Source: a virus. From it: a stretch of DNA of 51,545 bases. This document shows positions 25,401-33,932 of this stretch, in pieces. The notes under the pieces are model-generated. The model had not been told where the DNA came from. It saw only the letters and a program-made list of their open reading frames with translations, and did not search any database. Within the stretch, counting starts at the first letter, position 1. Each line of letters opens with the position of its first letter. The DNA is taken from IMG/VR virus record IMGVR_UViG_3300045988_024116, positions 1-51,545 of that record; one strand, 5' to 3'. Both the position numbers and the translations under genes were made by a program.

Positions 25401-27687
25401 GAGCACCCTTAGCAGCCGCAGCCTTACCAGCAGCCGCAGCCACCGCGTTATCCGCAGCAGCAAGCCTCTGGTTGGCCGAAGCAGCCGCATTAGCAGTAGC
25501 CACGTTAGCCGCAAGAGTACTGTCGTAAGCGACCGTGGCCGACCGAGCCTGGTTCACAGCCTTCCACACAGTGCCCCACGTCAAACTTGCATCACCTGTC
25601 GCCTGACGCATACGGTTGCCCATCTGCAAATAAGTGGCAGACATCGACACAGCCGCAGCCTTCGTAGCCAACAAACCAACACGCACTGTCGCCACAGCCG
25701 CGAGCGCACCCACAAACGCCTGAATAGGGGCAGGCAGCTTAGCGAAAGCGTTAACGATACCTGTCGCAGCAGAAATCAGCAGCTTGAACGGAACCATGAA
25801 GCTAGAGTTCATAGCCGCACCAGCGTTCTGCAAGGCGTGCTGGAAAGCCTCAACCTTCGCAGCCATAGTGTCCATGATGATACCCATCGACTCATCAATG
25901 AACGTCGTGCCCTTAGAAGCCGCCTCGGCCTCCTTCAGCTGCTCCACATACAGACCGACACTGTTCGACATACGAGACAGCAATTCAACGTCACGCACGT
26001 TCTTGAAGCCCAAGTCCTTAATCGCCTGAGCCTTCTCAACCTTATCGCTGATACCCGCAAGGTTCTGCAAGATGCCCTGGAACACCCTGTTCGGGTCGTT
26101 ACGCCACAACTTCTGGAACTCAGCATCAGTCACGCCGACAGCCTGAGCGTAGGTGTGCATCTTCTCGCCACCATCAGCAGCCGCCGCATTGATCGAGTTG
26201 AAGATACGCTGAAGCGAGCCGCGCGCCCATTCTTTCGGAATAGCGAGCGACGACAACGTAGACGACAGGGCAAGAATCTCATTCTGAGTGAAGCCAGCAG
26301 ACTTACCCTGAGCTGCAATCGACACGGCCATATTAGCGATCTCAGGCTCAGTCGCAACCGACTTTGCACCAAGATCAGCAATCTGGTTAGCCAGAACCGC
26401 GTAGCCGTCGCCCTTACCCTTGGCGGACTCCTGCAAGCCACCCATCATCTGACCGAAACGACCAAAGGCTGTAGTCGCAGACTCGACCTCCATGCCGGTC
26501 ACTGTAGAGAACTCAGCGACAGCCTTCGTGAAGTCCTTGAGCTGGTTTGTCGGGATGTTCATCTGGGCACCAAGCGTGCCGATCTTCGCCAGATCAGCAA
26601 ACGACGTAGTAGTCGTCGTAGAAAGCTCGGTGTAAGACTTGCGCAGCTCATTCAAGCTCTGTGTCGTACCCTGAGCGGTGCGCTCCACATCAGCAAATGC
26701 GCGCTCCTGCGCAATACCAGCCTGAGCAGCAGACGACACCACACGACCAATGCCAGCCGTAATAGCGCCGTAATACACGGCCATGTCACGAGCAGCATAA
26801 CGAGCGTTCTCAATAGCGTGCTCACTCATACGAGCATTAGCGCGAGCATTACTCGCATCAGAACGAATAGCAGTACGCTTAGTCAGCTCTTCCTCACGGA
26901 TACGCGCACGCTCAGTACGAGCAAGCTCAGCCTCACGAGAAGCCTCAATACGGGCAGATGCACTAGCGACAGCGGCGGCACGCTTAGACTCAGCAGAAGC
27001 CGTCGTTGCAGCGGCCCTGATCTCAGCCTGCTCCAAAGCGATGAGCGCTTGAATCTCAGCAAGACGGGTAGCCTCAGCGCCCTTCGCCCGTACAAGGCTA
27101 CGCTCATCCCTCCCCTTCTGCTTCTGCAACGGGATAGCGTTATCCTCACGCTTCACAGAAGCTTGCGCACGCAACTTTTCAGCCTGCGCCTCAGTCTTAC
27201 GCGCCTGCGACTGATTCAGCTGAGCCTGAGCCTTCTTCGCCTTATTCTCAGCCTCAGCCATAGCATTAGACGCAGAAGCAACCTCACGCATAGCCGAGGC
27301 AGTATCCTTCAGCTTAGCGATATGGTCCTTGCTCAAGCTGTTCATCGTGCGAGTCTCACGGATGAACTGTCGATACGCCGAAACAGCCTTATCGACACCC
27401 GCTGACAAATCAGCCTTACTAGCGTCCCCAGCAGCCTTATTCAACGAGCCAAGCGCATCCGCAACCGACTTCAGCGCAGATGCAGAATCGCGCATATTCT
27501 TGACCTTCGAGCTGTCAAGCTGCAAAGAATCAAGAACAGTCCCACCACGACCAGAAGGTGCCTTCAGAGAAGCGACAGCACTCTGAAGCGAACCAATCTG
27601 CTTTTCCAGAGCACCAATGCTCTGTGCCGCCTTATCTGCCCCAGCAGCGTTAACGTCAATGTCGATCTTGATTGACTCGTCTGCCAC
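22447..27687 (-). CDS. Tape measure protein (about 1746 aa)
   Basis: Giant Ala/Gly/Gln-rich ORF after the chaperone pair (track 22447..27726). A likely GTG start at 27687 follows aggag. Confidence 0.9.
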   Translation of the reverse strand: MADESIKIDIDVNAAGADKAAQSIGALEKQIGSLQSAVASLKAPSGRGGTVLDSLQLDSSKVKNMRDSASALKSVADALGSLNKAAGDASKADLSAGVDKAVSAYRQFIRETRTMNSLSKDHIAKLKDTASAMREVASASNAMAEAENKAKKAQAQLNQSQARKTEAQAEKLRAQASVKREDNAIPLQKQKGRDERSLVRAKGAEATRLAEIQALIALEQAEIRAAATTASAESKRAAAVASASARIEASREAELARTERARIREEELTKRTAIRSDASNARANARMSEHAIENARYAARDMAVYYGAITAGIGRVVSSAAQAGIAQERAFADVERTAQGTTQSLNELRKSYTELSTTTTTSFADLAKIGTLGAQMNIPTNQLKDFTKAVAEFSTVTGMEVESATTAFGRFGQMMGGLQESAKGKGDGYAVLANQIADLGAKSVATEPEIANMAVSIAAQGKSAGFTQNEILALSSTLSSLAIPKEWARGSLQRIFNSINAAAADGGEKMHTYAQAVGVTDAEFQKLWRNDPNRVFQGILQNLAGISDKVEKAQAIKDLGFKNVRDVELLSRMSNSVGLYVEQLKEAEAASKGTTFIDESMGIIMDTMAAKVEAFQHALQNAGAAMNSSFMVPFKLLISAATGIVNAFAKLPAPIQAFVGALAAVATVRVGLLATKAAAVSMSATYLQMGNRMRQATGDASLTWGTVWKAVNQARSATVAYDSTLAANVATANAAASANQRLAAADNAVAAAAGKAAAAKGAQAAASAVSTGASVAAGAGQAVGALSKLSSVGSGLMAMFGGPWGIAISAGLSLVSVGATYLGDAFQESSAKADEFKNAVGGSSAILNALAQDTKEVGNGTQTGFMELNTAIEQNGEVLTSNGQALGYYIDKSGQVVQATHEQAEAMGFSTLKIGEHTQALIMDAVQGSDAFKNMSKETKQALVDMGFSYAKYIKLASTSEAQGGGQKAADAYVNGYIDQIKARKADAVNAVNSTIVDTGTMNGTGGGNAAANQKRAEAAQPYNQQIEALEGLKSKTEGVGGAMRDALNDAALFNQGIEETGDAAEGAGLKIGDAKGEFHSMAEAIRSVLDEMFSSTDAAAALDSSLQQVYESMQEHGTSMDPNSPDGQANIQAISNYFEKMGNAAAAGIEEMGYTGEEAYQYAQNSIQDTIDFLAAQGFDMSQFEQQRDTMAAIIAQPYQSGEVDHSATDASLGQMVDNAAQAVSQAQGFLGKVQAIWNSIQSYMGAIGGAKSKTGKGSYTPGQKSKIRMPTFANRNNGASAFSSNNFKAKPSRSGGGGGGRSPRSGGGGGAGRAKKETKTAAELFEDFLSRLKSALDKALTSWWRSTTAQDNYRKGLNSLKKDVEGTTKKVSDLRKENEKLASDMRKNQQELHDAEFFHAVAVKYGDTERAQSTQVDIDEAKQKINEGQTKIADNDKEIATLQAGQFALKGYTEAAIANREALRSLQSQMIGLIEAYAAAGHSTQEIEAYTQSLKQQFIDQVTQLGFNQGEVTELAGAFDSLTSTIGQVPRDVKENVTDNGTVASTQGAIDSLHADPVTVPVQPSSREINVRVRYQIDEASYAAALNAARMNPLGSQNRTVRTRSGRNIGTLYTGGLLSSANSLPGFAGGGLLPGRPPANPKADNLMATDGKGMFRVRSGEYVISQPAVDFYGKNFMNALNTMQVPVSAGGVYAMGGSSDLVTINPAQFNQLVKAVSTAVVLDGRAISQSIDNGNMRTGNRGVY

Positions 27688-27702
27688 CTTAACTCCTAAA
27701 AA

Positions 27703-27744
27703 GAAAAGTCCCTGATACCACTTCAATGATACCAGGGACTTTTC
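27703..27744 (-). terminator. Intrinsic-terminator-like hairpin between the chaperone and the tape measure
   Basis: 12-bp stem gaaaagtccctg/cagggacttttc. On the minus strand it is followed by uuuuu and then the tape measure RBS aggag. Confidence 0.6.
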
Positions 27745-28206
27745 CTACCTAACTTGCTCAAGCGCTTCAAGAGGTGAAGGCAACGGCTCTTTCGTACCGT
27801 CCGAGTATTCGACAGTGCCCATCACCGTGTATGTGCTTTCACCCGGCTTGGTTTCCTTCGCGTGCTCACGATGTCTATCTAGCTCAGCACATGAATAACA
27901 CGTCGATGTCTCAACATGAAATTCAATTGCACTATGCTCACTGCGACCGTACCAAAGCGGCGTACCGCACTTGTTACACAGACTATCGAGATAATACTGA
28001 TAACCCGCAGCCAAAGCCAGGTCCAAGTTAGTGTATTCAGTTTGATCTATCGGCTCCGAGTCAAGCTCATCACCAATCCACACAGGCGCAACCCGAGCAA
28101 ACATGCCATGCGCGCCCGTAAACAGTGTCGGAGGCTTACTCTCCGCTCTCGCCGTCTTCAACAGGAGAATCATCCACTGGTTCTCCGGCTTGCTCAGCTC
28201 CGTCCC
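27745..28206 (-). CDS. Frameshift extension of the tail assembly chaperone (gpT-like part) with a CxxC...CxxC zinc ribbon
   Basis: The frame is open from 28398 to 27745 and is +1 relative to 28136..28768. No RBS or start of its own was found. Contains CNKCGTPLW...CYSCAE. Confidence 0.55.
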   Translation of the reverse strand, partial: GTELSKPENQWMILLLKTARAESKPPTLFTGAHGMFARVAPVWIGDELDSEPIDQTEYTNLDLALAAGYQYYLDSLCNKCGTPLWYGRSEHSAIEFHVETSTCYSCAELDRHREHAKETKPGESTYTVMGTVEYSDGTKEPLPSPLEALEQVR

Positions 28207-28768
28207 CACGAAATGTAGGATCAGAAATCGCCTCAGCCACCACAGCTCCAAGCTCCTGAGCGTCATTCCACGTCGCACAAATCTGCTGCCACAAGAACTC
28301 AGGCAGATAGCCACGCAGCTCCGCAGCCTCGTCCTCGTCCAAGCCGTTCTTCGACTCGCCAGTCTCATTGTCGATGATCTCGACACAGGCACGAGCAACG
28401 ATATACTCCATCAGACGGTCTTCACGCTCGATCTCGATGACAGCCTTTTCCTCAGCACTCTTGTTCTTCGTAGAGAAGAACGGGTCTTCCCAGACCTTGC
28501 GCTTCAGGACGTACAGCTCCTTGTTCGACAGGGCGCGCAGACGCAGCGTGATCGTCTGCTTGCGCAGCTTTTCAAGCTCTTCCTCAAGCTCGACACCGGG
28601 GGCAGTGTCGGTAATAGAACGAGACAGCGGTGCCTCAGCGATCTGCGCGGTCTTAGCCAGTTCGACCAGCTGAGCGAAGCGCTCCGCATCTTCAGTATTC
28701 AGGGGCACGTCGATAGCCTTAACCGTAGGCTTGATAGACGAGATAATCTTAGACAGCTCAAAAGCCAT
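28136..28768 (-). CDS. Tail assembly chaperone (gpG-like)
   Basis: 210-aa acidic protein between the major tail protein and the tape measure. Its 3' end is overlapped by the second open frame. Confidence 0.7.
   Translation of the reverse strand: MAFELSKIISSIKPTVKAIDVPLNTEDAERFAQLVELAKTAQIAEAPLSRSITDTAPGVELEEELEKLRKQTITLRLRALSNKELYVLKRKVWEDPFFSTKNKSAEEKAVIEIEREDRLMEYIVARACVEIIDNETGESKNGLDEDEAAELRGYLPEFLWQQICATWNDAQELGAVVAEAISDPTFRGDGAEQAGEPVDDSPVEDGESGE
28204..28207 (-). other. Candidate +1 slippery site (G GGG A) for the chaperone frameshift
   Basis: The minus strand reads cgu-ggg-gac in frame 0 and gug-ggg-acg in the +1 frame. A Gly tRNA on GGG can re-pair one base downstream. Confidence 0.35.
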
Positions 28769-28792
28769 GATGTCTACTCCAATCAGATAAAG

Positions 28793-28827
28793 GAATACCC
28801 CCGCACCTCGGGGGCACGGGGGTATTC
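28793..28827 (-). terminator. Hairpin after the major tail protein gene
   Basis: 10-bp stem gaataccccc/gggggtattc; followed on the minus strand by cuuuaucu. Confidence 0.5.
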
Positions 28828-28839
28828 TATCAGAATTGA

Positions 28840-29385
28840 TCAGGCAGCGACAGCCTTATTCAACTCCATAAAGCCCTGGGGCAGGAACGGGACGGTGAAC
28901 TGAATCGGCTTGTCGCCGTCACCCAACTCGTCCTTCGGGTTGTCCGGCACGACCTTAAAGGCCGAGAGTTCCATACCAGCCTCGACAGGGGTGCCCTGTC
29001 GGAAACCGATACGCTGGACCAGGTAGCCTTCCTTGATACCATCAAGGGTGCCACGCTTGAACAGCTGGTACGCCTTGTCGTAGACAGACGTATTGCCAGC
29101 AGCCTTCTGTCCAGCCGCGATAGCCTCGCGGAAGAACGTCAGCGAAGCCTCATAGTTGGCAATGGTCGGGGTCTTTGCGTTACCAGAATCACAAATGGTA
29201 CGCGAGTCATCCGTGTCCGAGTCCGTCGCACCGAGCGTCATACCCGCCGCGATAGCACACGAAATATCGACAGCCTTCGGCGTGCCGCCCGTGTAGGTCG
29301 TCGCCTTAAACAGGTCAGCCGTAGTGGTGATAGCATCAGCCGGAACCCACCAAATAGTGGTGTTCGGAGACAGCATCTTGGGCAT
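28840..29385 (-). CDS. Major tail protein
   Basis: 181 aa, upstream of the chaperone pair. The N-terminus MPKMLSPNTTIWWVP is typical of siphovirus tail tube proteins. Confidence 0.7.
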   Translation of the reverse strand: MPKMLSPNTTIWWVPADAITTTADLFKATTYTGGTPKAVDISCAIAAGMTLGATDSDTDDSRTICDSGNAKTPTIANYEASLTFFREAIAAGQKAAGNTSVYDKAYQLFKRGTLDGIKEGYLVQRIGFRQGTPVEAGMELSAFKVVPDNPKDELGDGDKPIQFTVPFLPQGFMELNKAVAA

Positions 29386-29573
29386 CAGTCTTCCTCCTTG
29401 TTGGAAACGATATCGTCATCTTCAATGGTATCATCCTCGCCGCAACACTTGGCCTGTGTAATCGGCGTATTGTCATCGACAACCTCATACATGTCCGGCA
29501 GAACAGCCAGCTCATCTTCAGTCTTGTCGCAGACAATATTGGTAAAAACATTGCGCACGCGCAATTCACTCAC
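29385..29573 (-). CDS. Small acidic hypothetical protein
   Basis: ORF track entry (62 aa); ATGA-type coupling to its neighbours. Confidence 0.45.
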   Translation of the reverse strand: MSELRVRNVFTNIVCDKTEDELAVLPDMYEVVDDNTPITQAKCCGEDDTIEDDDIVSNKEED

Positions 29574-29982
29574 CCCTATCTAGGTTGACGTAAAAACTCA
29601 TACTGTGCTGATAAACCGCAGGACGCAGGGTAGAATCAAAATCGCTATCAGTACCAACCGACGCAGCAATGTTGACACCATTCGACCCTTCAATCAATAC
29701 AGCACCAATGAGCTTCTCTTTCACAACCGACACAAGCCGGTTGAGAATGTCTTTATTCGCGGCGTACACGTCCACCGTGAACGGATGCTCGTACACATCC
29801 AGAGTATGTCCAGCCAAAGACACATATTCGTCCAACTGACGATTAATCTCGGCACCACCGTGGTACACGATATAGAGAGGCACCTTCGTATCACGTGAAA
29901 AAGAGTCGAAAACCTTAATGCTGTTGATCGTGTTCAACAAGGCAATGCAAGCCTCGTCAAACTCTAATGTACGATCTTTCAC
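29566..29982 (-). CDS. Tail terminator or head-tail joining protein
   Basis: 138 aa, between the gp10-like protein and the major tail protein. Called from synteny. Confidence 0.5.
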   Translation of the reverse strand: MKDRTLEFDEACIALLNTINSIKVFDSFSRDTKVPLYIVYHGGAEINRQLDEYVSLAGHTLDVYEHPFTVDVYAANKDILNRLVSVVKEKLIGAVLIEGSNGVNIAASVGTDSDFDSTLRPAVYQHSMSFYVNLDRGE

Positions 29983-30458
29983 TTCAGCCTCCCGTAGAAC
30001 TCTTCACGGAACACAGCCGTCACACGAGGCAAATACTTAGCCGGGGTAATACCCTTCCCCTTGTCGCCGCCAGTCGCCTTACCACGCAATCCAGAACGAA
30101 GATAGCCTGTCGTACGCTGACTATACGTACCGTTCTCCTGCCACGAGTAATACGGCTTAGCCTTATCCCACCGATGCCAACCAATCTCGACAACCTTGCC
30201 ACCCTTAGAAGCATCAACACGGAAAGCATCACGCATATAACCAGTATCAACACGGCGCGGGTCTGTCGCAATCAAAGCACGGCCATACTCAGTAGAAGCG
30301 ATAGCAGCAGCCTTAGCCGCAGCGTCAACCTTCTTCCACGCAGCGTCGATGATCTTCTTCTTCGCCTTAGCCGCAGCACCATAACGGTCAGAATCGACAG
30401 TTACCTTAATGCCAGCAACGCGCCCGTCAAACTTGACGGTTTTCCTCGTCCTAGCCAT
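29979..30458 (-). CDS. HK97 gp10-like tail completion/neck protein
   Basis: The track ORF is 29979..30485. ATG 30458 follows ggggga. The pattern VDTGYMRDAF recalls the gp10 family. Confidence 0.55.
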   Translation of the reverse strand: MARTRKTVKFDGRVAGIKVTVDSDRYGAAAKAKKKIIDAAWKKVDAAAKAAAIASTEYGRALIATDPRRVDTGYMRDAFRVDASKGGKVVEIGWHRWDKAKPYYSWQENGTYSQRTTGYLRSGLRGKATGGDKGKGITPAKYLPRVTAVFREEFYGRLK

Positions 30459-30942
30459 TAGTAGTCTCCCCCGTTGCCACATCACACAAAAGCGTCACCT
30501 GCCAGTTCAGTGTATCAACCTGAGCGTTACGCACAACCAGCCTCAAGCCTTGAATCCCCGGGTCTGTTGGCATCTCCTCAATCCGGACGCGCATACCCTC
30601 AGCGAACGACACACGCATCTCCGGCCTGCCCCACATATCACGTGACAAAGCCTCATTCTTGTCGATATGCAAAAGCTGCACACGATACGCATGAACACCG
30701 GTGACTGTACCTGCCCACTCACGATTACGGGCACGCCAGTCAACATTGGGCGTGACGTTCGCCCAACCCAGCCATATAGGGTTGTGGTAATCATACGACA
30801 AACCAGTCTCTTCAGACCAGTCATACGACATCGTATCCGGCTCAGTGAAGATGGCCACCTTCGTATTAGCCAACAACTGCAATGGATAATACGATGCATA
30901 CATGAACAGAGGATGAATATTCGGGTCAATCGACAAGCCCAT
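30451..30942 (-). CDS. Head closure/head-tail adaptor protein
   Basis: The track ORF is 30451..30960. ATG 30942 is TAATG-coupled to the upstream gene. Called from synteny. Confidence 0.5.
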   Translation of the reverse strand: MGLSIDPNIHPLFMYASYYPLQLLANTKVAIFTEPDTMSYDWSEETGLSYDYHNPIWLGWANVTPNVDWRARNREWAGTVTGVHAYRVQLLHIDKNEALSRDMWGRPEMRVSFAEGMRVRIEEMPTDPGIQGLRLVVRNAQVDTLNWQVTLLCDVATGETTNG

Positions 30943-31328
30943 TAGAAGTTCACCGCCCAATCCACTGGCTCAAACGTTGGCTGCACAACATCAAAACAGA
31001 GGTTATTTACCTCATCTTCCTTCGCCTGAGCACGCAACTGCCGAGCACGTCCGACAATTGCAGCCAGCAACTTCGCGCCGTCCGTCTGCTTGTCGTCCGT
31101 CTTCAAGACAAGCAGCTGCAAAGCCTTATCCATGCCAATAGCGTCACACGCATCGGCAGCAGCCAGCTTCACATTCCCACCGTTAACAGCGAGCAAAGCC
31201 TCAATCTCTTCATCCGCGAAAAGATAACGCGGCTCGTTCCTCAAATCACGCAAGTCCTCCAACTTACGCAAATCAGGAATAAGAACACGCACCTGACCCA
31301 CAGGAGAAGAAAAATCAATATCACTCAT
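30942..31328 (-). CDS. Head-tail connector (gp6-like)
   Basis: The track ORF is 30942..31367. ATG 31328 lies just after the post-capsid hairpin. Called from synteny. Confidence 0.55.
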   Translation of the reverse strand: MSDIDFSSPVGQVRVLIPDLRKLEDLRDLRNEPRYLFADEEIEALLAVNGGNVKLAAADACDAIGMDKALQLLVLKTDDKQTDGAKLLAAIVGRARQLRAQAKEDEVNNLCFDVVQPTFEPVDWAVNF

Positions 31329-31340
31329 AAAACCAGTATA

Positions 31341-31377
31341 GCAAGACCCCGTGACCAAAGGGGCCACAGGGTCTTGC
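31341..31377 (-). terminator. Hairpin after the major capsid gene
   Basis: 9-bp stem gcaagaccc/gggtcttgc; lies between the capsid stop (31393) and the next start (31328). Confidence 0.5.
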
Positions 31378-31392
31378 TACTCAGCTAACTGA

Positions 31393-32535
31393 TCAGAGGT
31401 GATCGCTTTGACCACCGGCAGACAGGACGACACCATCAAGGTTCAGCAGGCCAGCACCCGCGATCTGACGAACGCGAATCTCCACGTCGTCATTGTCGAA
31501 AGAACCTTCACGGTAATCGACAGCACCGCCGCCGAGCATCGTACCAGTCGCGTTGTGGGCGCGAAGCTCCGGGGTCTCACGGCCACGCATGGAGGTCTTA
31601 GCGATAGTGGTCTTATCGCCAGCCTTACCACCCTTGGGGACAAGCGCCCAAGCATCGTCACCAACAATGGTGCCAATGAGATCAGACTCGACAACCTCAA
31701 TGTCGGTCAGCGTGTTGGTGCTGATCGTGGTCGTCTTGCCGTTGGTCGTGCGAATCTCACGGATAGCGAGAAGTTCGCGGGCAAGCTGAGCCTGAGCGGG
31801 CGAACACACCAGCGCGAAACCACCCGGAACGGTGACAGTGCGACCGGACTCAGACTTGGTGTTAAGAGCCTGCCAACGAGCAGCAGTGATAGCACCGTAG
31901 GAAATACGCGCATCCTTGCCGTTAGCACCGGCAACAGCCTCACCCTTGAACTCGGCAGGCACCTTCGACAGGTCAAGCTGACGACCCAGCTCGGTCTTAA
32001 TGTTCTTGTTGCGGGGGTCGAACAAGGTCATGAGAACCAGCAAGTCCTCAGTGCGAGCCGCAAGACGGCCAGCGTCAGTCGGCAGCTTCTCAATCGTGTT
32101 CCAATCATCATTGACGATTGCCTCGAATGAGAACTGAAGGCGCGCACCGTGCTTACCGACCTCGACAAAGCGGCCATTGCCGGTGTAGGTAAGCGTCGGG
32201 TAAGGGGTCAACTCAGGAATCGCGGGCAACGTATCCTGAATAGGCGAGAAACCACCATTGTCAATCGGCATCGTAGCAATGTCCGAATTGAGCGACAGGT
32301 ACGCGGCAGGACGGAAGTCGTTGAGAAGAACCTTCTCAGCGATCTTCGGCCAGATCGAGTCATACTCGTTGTAAGCGTTAACGAACTGCACATTAGCAGC
32401 GTTAACAAACATGGTTGGAGCGAGGCTGTCAGAGGTGACAGCCTCCTTCAGACGAGCCTGGGCGATCTTGTCGCCAGCGAAAGAGCCTTCGAGCAGCTTG
32501 TTGAACTCAAGCTGCTTTTCCTCAAAAGTAGTCAT
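31393..32535 (-). CDS. Major capsid protein (HK97-fold type)
   Basis: 380 aa after the scaffold and decoration genes; strong RBS gaggtttaac before the ATG. Confidence 0.8.
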   Translation of the reverse strand: MTTFEEKQLEFNKLLEGSFAGDKIAQARLKEAVTSDSLAPTMFVNAANVQFVNAYNEYDSIWPKIAEKVLLNDFRPAAYLSLNSDIATMPIDNGGFSPIQDTLPAIPELTPYPTLTYTGNGRFVEVGKHGARLQFSFEAIVNDDWNTIEKLPTDAGRLAARTEDLLVLMTLFDPRNKNIKTELGRQLDLSKVPAEFKGEAVAGANGKDARISYGAITAARWQALNTKSESGRTVTVPGGFALVCSPAQAQLARELLAIREIRTTNGKTTTISTNTLTDIEVVESDLIGTIVGDDAWALVPKGGKAGDKTTIAKTSMRGRETPELRAHNATGTMLGGGAVDYREGSFDNDDVEIRVRQIAGAGLLNLDGVVLSAGGQSDHL

Positions 32536-32547
32536 TAGTTAAACCTC

Positions 32548-33039
32548 TCAGGCCAGGGGACGAGTGTCGAGAACAACCTGGTAGACGCTATCCTTAGCGG
32601 CGGTAGCGTAAATCTCCTTCGCCCAGCCGAGCACAACATCAGCGCCAGCCTTGGTGAAGGTAATGGTCGGCTTGCCACCGGCAGTAGCGGCCTTCAGGTA
32701 GACGAGCGTGCCAGGATTGAACGGGGACGGAGCAGTACCATCAACCTTGAGAGCGAACACGCCGCCCTTCACGCGAACAGAAGCGTGCTGATCACGGTTC
32801 AGACCATACGTAGGCTTGGTAAGAGCCTCAGCAGCAGTCGCGTAATCCGTCTTCTCATTCTTCGGAGCAACATCCGACATCAGAATGCCAGCAATACCGG
32901 CCTCCTTGTTGACGACAACCGCATCACCGGCCTTCAGGTGCTTCTGCGTGTCGTCAATAGCAAGCGACAGAGTATCGCTGTACTCGAAAATCTGGTTATC
33001 CTTGTTACCCGTCAGAGGGAACTTCTTGATACCCGCCAT
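32548..33039 (-). CDS. Putative head decoration or auxiliary capsid protein
   Basis: The track ORF is 32548..33051. ATG 33039 lies just after the scaffold stop. Its position between scaffold and capsid is the only evidence. Confidence 0.4.
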   Translation of the reverse strand: MAGIKKFPLTGNKDNQIFEYSDTLSLAIDDTQKHLKAGDAVVVNKEAGIAGILMSDVAPKNEKTDYATAAEALTKPTYGLNRDQHASVRVKGGVFALKVDGTAPSPFNPGTLVYLKAATAGGKPTITFTKAGADVVLGWAKEIYATAAKDSVYQVVLDTRPLA

Positions 33040-33041
33040 GA

Positions 33042-33932
33042 TCACTTCCAACCAATCTTAGAGAAAGATTCCTTCAAGGAAACCTCAGCCGATTCTTCCA
33101 CAACAGGGGTGGCAGTCGCAGCGACAGCCTCCTTGAGATACGCGCGCTCGGCCTCAAGAGCGGAATCGACATCCGCGCCCTTCTTCACAGCCTCACGAAC
33201 ACGCGCGACAGCCGCCTCGGGCAGACCCGACTCGGCAATCTTCTTACCAGCCTCAAGGACAGAATCAACATCGACAGATGCCTCTTCGACCTTCTCAGCC
33301 GGTTCCTCCACCTTGGCCTCCTGAATCGCGGCCACAGCAGATTCCAGCTTAGAGCCGATAGCTTCAACAAGAGAAGCGATCTCACCCTTCAGCTCATCGA
33401 ACTTGGACTCAAGCAGCTTTTCGTCCACAGTTCCCTCCTTAATAGAATTGTTGTTCCTATTTGATTCTAGCAGATCAACAATGCCACCACCCGCACCAGG
33501 CGCGGTAACAAAGTCAACCGACCTAACGCCAGCAAAAACAGGAACAACACCTGTTTCCGCAATTGGCTGGTCGCACCAAGCATTAATGGAAACACCAATA
33601 TGTTCCCACTTATCCTTGATTAGCTCGTTAACACCCGAGAACACCTTACACACAGTGTAGAGTGCCCCATCCTCACCAACTGTCGCGTCTTCAAGGAAAA
33701 CGCCAGCATAGTCACGAATAGAACGCTCCGGGCGCTCCCATTCCTCGGACTCAGTTGGGTGGTCGATAAACATTTCCGTGCCAGCCTTAAAAAGGTGAGC
33801 AGACTCAGCCAAGTTCTCAGCGGTGTAAATACCGCTAGAACCCTGGCCGGGCACGATAATTCTGATTCGATACTTTCCCTCACCAAGAGACTCAGTACCG
33901 ACAGCGCTCGTGGACTCATGCAGCTTAGGCAT
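33042..33932 (-). CDS. Capsid scaffolding protein (possibly a protease-scaffold fusion)
   Basis: The track ORF is 33042..33968. ATG 33932 follows ggaggg. The C-terminal half is Ala/Glu-rich and helical. Confidence 0.6.
   Translation of the reverse strand: MPKLHESTSAVGTESLGEGKYRIRIIVPGQGSSGIYTAENLAESAHLFKAGTEMFIDHPTESEEWERPERSIRDYAGVFLEDATVGEDGALYTVCKVFSGVNELIKDKWEHIGVSINAWCDQPIAETGVVPVFAGVRSVDFVTAPGAGGGIVDLLESNRNNNSIKEGTVDEKLLESKFDELKGEIASLVEAIGSKLESAVAAIQEAKVEEPAEKVEEASVDVDSVLEAGKKIAESGLPEAAVARVREAVKKGADVDSALEAERAYLKEAVAATATPVVEESAEVSLKESFSKIGWK

Noticed and set aside
22396-27405. Very long plus-strand ORFs (716 aa at 22396..24546 and 686 aa at 25345..27405) antisense to the tape measure gene
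   Set aside because: Their translations are low-complexity Arg/Ser/Leu/Thr strings. They have no RBS and lie opposite a clearly real, syntenic 1746-aa gene. This is the typical open antisense frame of an Ala/Gly/Gln-rich, GC-biased gene.
28097-28106. Independent ATG start (MFARVAPVW...) for the ORF downstream of the chaperone
   Set aside because: There is no Shine-Dalgarno sequence within range. The frame is already open for 290 nt upstream, overlapping the chaperone gene in the classic G/GT arrangement. It is kept only as an alternative in the frameshift finding.
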